Shown here: piece by piece, positions 24,999-34,830 of the stretch
How positions within the stretch are numbered: position 1 is the stretch's first letter
Layout of the letters: each line of letters begins with the position of its first letter
Origin: Thraustochytrium aureum
Lineage: Eukaryota
Direction of reading: 5' to 3'
Assembly (NCBI GenBank): GCA_012862495.1
Contig: BLSG01000238.1
Span: 72,470-136,469, forward strand
DNA: 64,000 bases
Made by a program: the position numbers and the translations under genes
Notes under the pieces: generated by a model
Told to the model about the DNA's origin: nothing
What the model saw: only the letters and a program-made list of their open reading frames with translations
Databases searched by the model: none

Positions 24999-27900
24999 TC
25001 ACCAGTGCGCTGGCGACACCGAAGGGTCAGCGCTGAAGGCTTGCTGGAGCTGCAAGTACGTTCGTGCACGAGCGCGATCTTCCGCCTCGGGCCCGCCGAG
25101 TGCGCGGATCTCGCTCAAAAGAATCTGCTTGTCCAGCTCTTGGTTCGCCAGGAGGATCAACACTTGCGTGTGCTCTTCGCGGAGTTCATCGAGATTGACA
25201 GCGTCAGCCCCGGATATAGATTTCGTGGCTGGGGAGGCTTCTGCCGAGTGCAGCTCGCTCCGGTTTTGGGCAAGGTGTAGGGCGCCGGACACGTCCCTCG
25301 TCGACACAAGCTCAAGCAAACGAGCAGCGGCGTCGTACTGGCTCATCGCGTTTGCCAGCTCTGCTGCGTCACAAAGCCATGCGTCCAGAGCTTGTGAGGC
25401 ACACACGCCGGCCGCGATACTAGGAAGCGTCTGGATCACCTCGATCTTGGGCACGTCCTGAAGTGCGCTCAACAGTGGCCACAACACACCAAGGCAAGCA
25501 TCGACATTCTGAGCCAACTCCTGGCCCAACACCTGGTGCGCCTGCTGCTGCTGTTGATGCTTGTGGTGCCCGTTTGTGAGCTCCCCAAGGCGGCCCGTCG
25601 CATCGCTGCTCGCTTCGGCGCCGATGACGTTGTGCTCAGTCCACGCCTGCGTGGGCTGCGCATCTTCAACCTGAGGCGGCATTGCATGCGTGTGTTCAAA
25701 GACGGCTTCGGCACCAGTCGCGATTTGTGAGGTTTGCACGCTTGCTCCGTCAGCAAGCCCCGACGCCGCGTAAGGCAATTGTTGTAGCTGCTGTTCTTGA
25801 GTGCCCAAATCTTGTGGGTGGTGGAGACCTTGGTGCGACCCCAACAGCTGCAGATACGGCTGGTTTGGATCCTGGTACAATGGATTCGGGAATTGCTGTT
25901 GCTGCCACAGCTGTGGCTGTTGGTGGTGTTGTTGGAGGTGCTCTGCTCCGTCTTGGGCAAAGCCATGTTGGAGATGCTCACCATGCTGCTGCCCCCCGAA
26001 TTGGGACCAATCTTGTTGGCCTTGCCACTGCACCTGGTCTGCGTACGGAGCAACATCTTGTCTCACTTCTACGCGGTACTGCCCCACCCCAGCACTGGCA
26101 GCCGCAAGCATCTCCTGCGCTTCGTGGAGCTGATGCTGCAAATCTTGCACGCTAGACTCGACCTCAGCGCATCGGTGGGCCAGGTGGTCGCGCTCGGCAC
26201 GGATTGTCTCAAGCTCTCCTGCCAAGTCGTGCTTTTCCTGCTCAAGGTTGTCGACCTGCCTGCGAAGCGCGCCAAGTTGCTCGGCGTCCACAAGGCCGGA
26301 TTCGCTGCTGCGGAGTCCGCGGCACCGCGTACGTGCAAATTGTTGGCCTTGAGCGTAGCCTCAAGGGCTTTGATCTGGTTGTCTTGCCACCTTATCAAGT
26401 CCTTGTACTGCTCGCCGACCTGGGTCAAGCTTCGAACCTTCTCTTTGAGCATTCCCGGCTCGAGGTTCAAGACAACCTCCAGAGAAGCAGCGTCCCGGCC
26501 ATCGCCTGCAGCAGTTGAGTCCGTGTAGAGCTTGATGATGACATCTTGTACCTCGCAGCGCACTCGCGCATATTCGGCGAGGGTGCGCTTGTCGTAAAGC
26601 GGGACGGGTTCCAGGTCAGCTTGGCTTTCACGGTTACTGCGGGCTTCGACCTTGCGACGGAGTTCGTCTCTGCCGCGCTTTGAGAGCGCGGCCCTCTTCA
26701 TCCCCGGGCTGCGCTCGAGGCGGTTGATTCTGTCTGTGAAGACTTCAAAGCCTAGTCTCGCGGAGATTAGGTTGAGGACCTCCTGGGCCCCCATGCCGCG
26801 CGGCTTTCCGTTGGCGTTGCCTCGGCGCGGCAGGGCCTCGGATGCGGAGATATTTTTAAGGCACAGGCCTATGCAGAGACAAGCAAGGCCTTGCAGGTCC
26901 GCGTCGTCGCGGTGGCCGGCTGGGCTTGCGGCGATGTCGAAGAGAAAAAGGCCCGTCGGGGCTGCAAGAAGCTCGGTGGCCACTGCAGCCGCGCCATCTA
27001 GCCAGCGCACGAGCGTGCGAAGCATGTTGATTGTGGACGCTTTGCAGACTGCGACTCTCTGCGTCGCGCCGGCGCCAGCAGCAGCTCCTGAANNNNNNNG
27101 AGAGAGTTGCGCGAGCTCACGCATGTAAGCCGCGAAAAGCTCGCCCCCGTCGCAAGGCGCTTCAGAATCCCCGTCGTCCAAGTTTGCGTTCGGTTTGTCG
27201 ACTCGCGGAATCATGACGCTAAAGCTCGTGTTCCGAAACCCTGCTCCAGGCGCACGAACGGGGACACGCAGAGCGAGCTCTTTGCTAGCGACGTTGTCGC
27301 CCAAGAGCGCCTCGAAGAGGTGACTTGCTCTGGTGTGCATGTCTTGCACTGCGTGAGGGAGATCGAGGTCCCGCGCGAAAGCGGCGAGTTCGTTTGCTCT
27401 GCTTGCAGATTCATCGTCCGAGTCAAGCAGTGGGTTGAGTTCAACATTCGCACCGCCGGCTTGAGTGTCACGCCCAATCGCGCCGTCGCTCTCCGCTGAG
27501 AGCTCGACGGCACGTATCGAGGCACAAAGCATGGTGTCAACCAGCAATCGTCCTGCGGGTGGGGCAACCATCGAGGTGAAGACCTCATCGCTGACGTCGT
27601 CTGGCGGGGGCGTGATTGCATGACCGACCACGCTGATCTGTACATTTGGGTGGCCATAGAGCAACCGCTCCCATAAATAGCTCGCGGCCGCCTTGTCTTC
27701 GAGAGTGGGGCCAAAAAGCGCGAGCTGGACCGTCCCACATGTCGCCGTTGTCCTGACCGACGGCCTGTGCTCCTTCGCCGATGCCTTGCGCGCTCGACCT
27801 ATAACAGCTCTCCCAGCTAGAAATTGTGCGCGCTGCGTCGCCTCCGCAATGACGCTGTCACGGGGGGCGATGAGCTGAATACGGGCTAGGTTGGCGGCAC

Positions 27901-29349
27901 CCGTTTCGTTTCCGCAAACGATGTCGCCCAGGAGAAAAAGCGCCTGCTGCCGGAGGTCGCCCCAAGTGACCTCGTCGACGCCGAGAGAGTCGACGCTGTC
28001 AAAGCTGTCAAAGCGCGCTGCCATGCCTTGCCGAATGGAGCGCGAATCGCCGGACGGAAGGCACAAGGCAATCTTTGCAATCGCTTCAAGGAGCGCGGCC
28101 GACGACCCGACGAGTGACTGCATTTCGCGCAAGTGCTTTTGGCGGCGGCGCTCCAGCTCTTTCTCCACCTCTGCGTCAACCGGCCCGGCCAACGCAGAGC
28201 GGCTTGATGGTGGCGCTGGCCTGTGGCGCGCGGGAGATAGCGCATCGCTGGGATCAAACCACGGCTGATCGGCCAGATCGCCTGCCGAGAGGCCACAAAC
28301 AAGGTTGGCGACGACTTCAAGCCCATCGTGCAGGCTGCTCATTGTGGCCGGTCTGCAAAAGTCGCCGACCTCGTCGATGCTACGAGGCGACGCGAGCTCG
28401 GAATCGCCTGAAGGAGAAAGCTCTGCGCCAGATCCGTTTCGGGACCGCTTGCTCGGGAGCTCGAGCACGACTGGCAGTCTCTCCAAGAAGTTGAACTGGA
28501 CAAAAAGCTTTTGCGTGAGCTGGTTGCCGCGCAGAATGTTGCCCATGATGAGGAGGCAGTCGTGGACGACCATGTCGTTGCCGTCGAACTTTTCTGTCTC
28601 GATGATTTGAAAAGCTTGCTGAAGCCCTCCCTATACGCCATAAAGTTTTGGAGCTGCTCGTTGTGCTCTGTGAGCCGCTGCAAGAGCCAAAGCATCTCGT
28701 TCCGAACAAACTCTTCGCGATCGTCAAGGACGTCCACGAGGCGCTCCATTCCTTGCGAGGTGGCCTCCAGGGCGGCTTCCATGGGTTTGCTGCGGTTCTT
28801 GTGGAGGGTTGTGAGGAGCCGGATTGCTGACCGCCGGATCCACGGCAGAGGGGGCACCAGGAGGGCGACGAGGGCTTCGAAGTTGGTACGATTGCCGAGA
28901 ATTGCGTCCGTGTTGTCCAGGGGCGCTTGGATCCAGTCGAAGCTGACCCCTCCCGTTCCACTCAGCGTGCCTGGGCCTTGCACCATCATGGACTCTCCCT
29001 CGCTGGGTTGGTCGCCCACAGCCTCGTCATCTTCGGTCATGCTGCAGGCGCAGTCGAGGACCTCGAGGACGTACTGGCCGACCTCCTCGCCCTCTTCGTC
29101 GAGCACGCCCTTTGCGAGGACTTTAAAGAGTTCATCGAGACTTGCTGCGAGGGCTCGTTTCAGTGCCCCGCTCGCGACGCGCTTGCTCCCTTGCGCATGC
29201 GAGACGAAACCTTGCACTGTTTTGCGGAGGGCTTCTGCTGCGTCTCGGCGCTCGGCGCTCATGGAGGCCCTGGAGAGGGCCTTTACGGCGGCCGCCACCG
29301 TGGCTTGGATTTTGCCCCCATCCCCGCTGCCGCCGCCGAAGAGGTCCAT
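24999..29349 (-). CDS. USO1: General vesicular transport factor p115/USO1 (armadillo head, coiled coil, Uso1 C-terminal motif)
   Basis: Head motifs GMERLVDVLDDREEFVRNEMLWLL, EGFSKLFKIIETE and VVHDCLLIMGNILRGNQLTQKLF; C-terminal EEHTQVLILLANQELDKQILLSEIRALG. Single-base indels near 28607 and 26292. Confidence 0.88.
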
Positions 29350-29696
29350 GCCGCGCCGGTTTCAGCCGCGCTCTAGCGAGCCTTGCCCTCTCCGCGTGGC
29401 AGGCACGTAGGTAAGCAGACAGGCAGCGCGTGTCGCGCAGCGCCAGGCGCTGCAAGCGCACGGAGGTTGCGCGTGAGGATTGCCTGCGTGCAACCGCCAA
29501 CTCGGCGGTCGCCTCCAGCCGCCCCGCCTGCGTCCAGCGCCTTGCGCGCGCGGGGGGTCTCCAACAAAGAGCCTGCCTCGCGCCCGTCTCGGCGCAGCGT
29601 CTCTGCCAGCGCGCGTCTCGGGCCTCGAGGCGCCCGCCAGCCACACGTGGCTCGCGACGTGCGTTTGCCTGACGAAGTGCGACGATTTGGAGCGGA

Positions 29697-29793
29697 GACG
29701 CGTGGGCAGGCAGAGCCAAAAGGCAGAGCCAAAAAGGCAGAGCGCGGGGACGCGTGGGCAGGCAGAGCGTAAGGCAGAGCCAAAAGGCAAAGG
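29697..29793. repeat. Short direct repeats (GACGCGTGGGCAGGCAGAGC x2; GGCAGAGCCAAAA x3) upstream of USO1
   Basis: Read directly from the sequence at 29697-29793. Confidence 0.75.
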
Positions 29794-32551
29794 TCAACCG
29801 CGCTTTGCTCTTGCTAGCTGGAGTAGAGGAAGGACGCTCAGGTTCGTTCGCGCAGCAGTTCTCTCGCGGCTCCCGCGCTCGTCGCTGAGCTTCCGGGCGG
29901 TCGCTACCAACTTGATGAAGGTCAGCAGCAGCGGAAACTAACTATTCCAACCTGCGGTACGGACGAGATAGAAATGGTGTACAAGTGCAACATAGGTAGT
30001 TGTTCAAAAGAAAATCAGCTAGACTACGCGAAAGCCAGCCGCAGGCAGCTGCTGCCTCATGGTCCACTGGCGGATGATGGACAAGATCAAAACTGTCTTT
30101 CGAGTACCTGTGCGCGCGAAAACAGGCAGTTAGCGTGTGGTCGAGGGCGAGATCACGAACCGGAATGTCCGAACCAGATTGAGTAGCAGCGGGTTGAAAG
30201 GTCCGTGCCACCCACCCATTCATAGGCTGCGGATGCTCTTCGCTGCGTTGACAACTCGGTGGGTCGTGGGATCGGCCCTCCGAGAGCTTTTTCTAGCAGC
30301 GGTCCGCCTGCCCGCTTGCGTTCGCCGACGCACCATGGCCCTCCTCCAGATAGCAAAGCGCACTGTCCCCCAACCCGACCGTTCCTTTGGCGTTGCGGCC
30401 TGTGGCAGAGGCTTCAGGAATCTCATGTAGAAAAAGTCTCACGTAGGCATAGAGCCTATCTGAAGGTGTCCTAAGGTGTGAAACATCAATAGCGTGCCAG
30501 CTCGCCGCCCCGCCCCGCCCCCATCTCACCACGCGCCTCAGAATAGCAACGTTGAACACTTCAAGGCTAGGAGATAGTTTTCCCCGGTAACTAGCCGGCC
30601 ATCTCGTCGACATTCAGAAGCCAAGCGTTTAAGATGTTCCTCATTGACACCGTGGCTTGCGCAGCAGCATCCTCTCCACCTCACGACCCCTCTTGCAACG
30701 GCGCATTCAGCGTACGTACCATTCTGCTTCAGGTGGATCCCGGGATGTGCGCCGGTTTCGAGCTCGTGGGAAATGCTGTAGTGAGTTGAGCACTCTGTCA
30801 GTACACGGCCAGGCCAGGTTGCACGCTTGTCCGCTCCTACCAGCTCGCCCCCGGGCTGCGGGTTGCATCCCGCAAGCCCTTCCCGCCTCGCAGCGCAGAC
30901 CTCAGCTAAAGATGTCGACACGGAGGATTCCAGTATACGCTTATCATATCGTCCTCATGGGTCTCGCGCACGAAGAAAACCCATCCATCCACCACCCACC
31001 CACCAGCCCCGACTCTGCCCTGCCCGCCGTGCGCGCTCAGCCCTCCGGGCGCCGCTGCGGCTTGTGCTGACACGAGTCAGGTTAATGGATTTGATTGTTT
31101 TCACGAGTAGTCAACAACACGGACCAATTAAACATCATCCTCACTGTCGCTGCTTTGCTTCTCCCTCAACCCCCCGCCGCCGCCGCTCGTACGTGCCGGA
31201 AAGCGCATGTTGGATTGGACAATGGGTACTACCATGTGAAAACCACGACGGGGCAAAGCGTGCCTTCTCGTCGGTTGCATGGGTCATCGTGAATCCAAGT
31301 TGGTGTTGCACGGATTGATTGATTGAGAAGCATTGCGCCAAGCACCCGCACAGAGAAAGCAGGCCGACGTTGCTGGTGTGCAAAACCCCTTCGCGCCAGT
31401 CTCCGCCTCGCCCCCTCGGTCTCTCTCTACCCATTCTTACGTACCTTTCGCTGGTCCACTCGCTCGGCCTCGTCGCAGCTCGAACTGAGCGGGCTTGGGC
31501 CCGTCCAGGAGACCCCGAAGCAGGTGCTTACGCAAAGCACGGCATGCTGGCCACCCGCGCCCGGCCTCGGGACCAAGGCGCGGAGCTCGCTGCCGCGCGA
31601 TGGGGGTCTGCCTGCCCGTCGGGCCGACCAACTTCAAGCCGTGTTGTCCATCCAACTCTATCCACGTCGATCCATCGCCCAAGCCACACGATGCGGAACG
31701 CATTTGTGGGGAACGCAATTGGCTTGGACGAACGAAACGACCCCGAGCGCTGTTCGTTGCGGTGAGGCCCGCCCAGCAGCGCGCAGCACTTCAGTTTTCG
31801 CGTGCACGTGGCCGGCCAGTCGCGCCAAGGAGGATCCTCCTTGGCCTCCTTGGTCGTGCTCGTTCGGATGCCAAGAGGATCTGGCTGGCCGAGGGCGAGC
31901 GGCTGCTCATCTAGCACATCCACGGTCAGGTCTCGCATCCCAGCTCTTCCGACACGAAGAAAACGAGCGACCGACGCGCTGGTGCACTCCAGCTTGTTCG
32001 CGGTCGGCTTTGCCATGTTGAGTCCTTGTGTTGAAGCCACCTCCATCCGCCCGGCGTTGGCCTCGAAGATCTCTGGCCATTGCACGGTGCAGTCAATCAG
32101 CAGCGAACTTGAAGGCAAGTGTTGTCGTTCTGCATGGATTGAGCCGCAGGCAAGCCGTCGCGTCCTGTAACTCCTGTTGCTCGACTTGCTCGACGTGGCT
32201 GTGGGATGGAGCCCGTGTTCGCCCAGTTAGGCGTGCTACACGACACTGCGAGGCAGGCACGGCTTGGCGCCAGGCCACGCTCGTGTTGGCGCAAACGCAC
32301 ACTGACGATGGCGCACTGTCCCTCACAAAGATCGACGCGCAAAGCCACAACGAGACGTCCNNNNNNNNNNNNNNNNNNNNNNNNNNNNNNNNNNNNNNNN
32401 NNNNNNNNNNNNNNNNNNNNNNNNNNNNNNNNNNNNNNNNNNNNNNNNNNNNNNNNNNNNNNNNNNNNNNNNNNNNNNNNNNNNNNNNNNNNNNNNNNNN
32501 NNNNNNNNNNNNNNNNNNNNNNNNNNNNNNNNNNNNNNNNNNNNCGGTTTC

Positions 32552-32593
32552 GTCCATCCTTCCGTCCATCCATCCATCCATCCATCCATCCAT
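32552..32593. repeat. (TCCA)n microsatellite immediately upstream of the FPPS start
   Basis: tccatccttccgtccatccatccatccatccatccatccat. Confidence 0.9.
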
Positions 32594-32631
32594 TTGGTCG
32601 TTCTGGTTCGAGCAGACGGCGAGCGGGCGCC

Positions 32632-33857
32632 ATGGACCACAAGGCTGCTGGTGTCGTAGGCCTCGCTGCAGGCGCGGCTCTAGTTGGGGCGGCATGGGCG
32701 CTGGCCGAGCTGCGGCGCAAGAGCAGCGCTGGACAGTGCATGCCAATTGTGCTGACGCCGAGAGCGAGCAAGCTCAACGCGCGCCGCCCCGAGGACGTTC
32801 CGGACGCCACGACGCGGGACGGGTTTGTGGAGGTGTTCGGGGACCTTTGCGAAGAGCTCGTGCAAGACCTTGAGCTGTATGAGCTATCGGCCGTGTCGGC
32901 CGCGCCGCTCAAGCGCATGCTCGAGTACAACGTGCCCGGCGGCAAGCTGAACCGCGGACTTACCGTTGTGCAAACGGCGGTGGCCGTTCGCAAGGCGAAG
33001 GGCGCGCTTGGGCTGCGCGAGGAAAAGGAGCTCGTGCGGCGCGCTGCTGTCCTCGGTTGGGGTATCGAGTGGCTGCAGGCGAGCTTTTTGGTCAGCGATG
33101 ACCTGATGGACTCGTCCGTGACGCGCCGAGGGCAGCCCTGCTGGTACAAGCAGCCCGACATCGGCAACATCGCGGTGAACGACGCCTTGGTGCTGATGAC
33201 GCAAGTAGACCTGATGCTGCACAAGTACTTTGGCGCAGAGCCAGACCTGTTCCTGCAGCTGCACCGGATCATGACCGAGACGACCTACCAGACGGAGATG
33301 GGGCAGTTCTTGGACCTCAGCACGCAGCCGCCGCACGGGCCGGTCAACCTCGCGCTCTTCACCTCAGAGAGGCAAGAGCTAATCGTCAAGTACAAGACCG
33401 CGTTCTACTCGTTTTACGCCCCAATCGCGTTTGGAATGATCCTTGCCGGCGTGCGCGACGAGGCTTCGCTAGGTGTCGCGCGTGACATCTGCGTCAAGAT
33501 GGGCGTGTACTTCCAGGTCCAGGACGACTACCTGGACTGCTACGGCGCGCCAGAGGTCATCGGCAAAGTGGGGACCGACATCCAGGACAGCAAGTGCAGC
33601 TGGCTCGTTGTGAAGGCGCTCGAGGCCGCCTCCCCTGAGCAGCGCAAGACCCTGATGGACAACTACGGCAAGGACGACGAGGCCTGCATCGGGCGCGTCA
33701 AGAAGGTTTTTCCGACCTCGATTTGGAGGCGGCCTACCACGCTTACGAGGACAAGGTCTACAAGGAGCTCGTGGACATGATCGAGCGCGAGGTTCGCACG
33801 GTCCCGAAGGAGATCTACTACGGCCTCCTCCACAAGATTTACAAGCGCCAGAAATAG
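32632..33857 (+). CDS. FDPS: Farnesyl diphosphate synthase (eukaryotic trans-prenyltransferase), possibly FPP/GGPP bifunctional
   Basis: YNVPGGKLNRG; FARM FLVSDDLMDSSVTRRGQPCWY; GQFLDL; IVKYKTAFYSFY; SARM YFQVQDDYLD; GKVGTDIQDSKCSW. One T added to the T run near 33707-33711 restores the canonical C-terminus ...LLHKIYKRQK* (TAG 33855-33857). Confidence 0.95.
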
Positions 33858-34830
33858 GCATCGCCCGCACGACCAAGANNNNNNNNNNNNNNNNNNNNNN
33901 NNNNNNNNNNNNNNNNNNNNNNNNNNNNNNNNNNNNNNNNNNNNNNNNNNNNNNNNNNNNNNNNNNNNNNNNNNNNNNNNNNNNNNNNNNNNNNNNNNNN
34001 NNNNNNNNNNNNNNNNNNNNNNNNNNNNNNNNNNNNNNNNNNNNNNNNNNNNNNNNNNNNNNNNNNNNNNNNNNNNNNNNNNNNNNNNNNNNNNNNNNNN
34101 NNNNNNNNNNNNNNNNNNNNNNNNNNNNNNNNNNNNNNNNNNNNNNNNNNNNNNNNNNNNNNNNNNNNNNNNNNNNNNNNNNNNNNNNNNNNNNNNNNNN
34201 NNNNNNNNNNNNNNNNNNNNNNNNNNNNNNNNNNNNNNNNNNNNNNNNNNNNNNNNNNNNNNNNNNNNNNNNNNNNNNNNNNNNNNNNNNNNNNNNNNNN
34301 NNNNNNNNNNNNNNNNNNNNNNNNNNNNNNNNNNNNNNNNNNNNNNNNNNNNNNNNNNNNNNNNNNNNNNNNNNNNNNNNNNNNNNNNNNNNNNNNNNNN
34401 NNNNNNNNNNNNNNNNNNNNNNNNNNNNNNNNNNNNNNNNNNNNNNNNNNNNNNNNNNNNNNNNNNNNNNNNNNNNNNNNNNNNNNNNNNNNNNNNNNNN
34501 NNNNNNNNNNNNNNNNNNNNNNNNNNNNNNNNNNNNNNNNNNNNNNNNNNNNNNNNNNNNNNNNNNNNNNNNNNNNNNNNNNNNNNNNNNNNNNNNNNNN
34601 NNNNNNNNNNNNNNNNNNNNNNNNNNNNNNNNNNNNNNNNNNNNNNNNNNNNNNNNNNNNNNNNNNNNNNNNNNNNNNNNNNNNNNNNNNNNNNNNNNNN
34701 NNNNNNNNNNNNNNNNNNNNNNNNNNNNNNNNNNNNNNNNNNNNNNNNNNNNNNNNNNNNNNNNNNNNNNNNNNNNNNAGAATTGAGCCCAGAGGTGGGC
34801 CGGGCCGCGCGCGGCGAGGAGCTCGAGGCG

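Noticed and set aside
29942..30720. BTB/BACK pseudogene suggested by SDI...FRAHR and EVF...VVRW peptides
   Set aside because: FRAHR is simply the translation of a pyrimidine tract plus CAG acceptor, the domain order is wrong, and no continuous alignment is visible.
31319..32360. Overlapping 120-230 aa ORFs upstream of FPPS
   Set aside because: No recognisable domain, several competing frames on both strands, and no way to choose among them without expression data.
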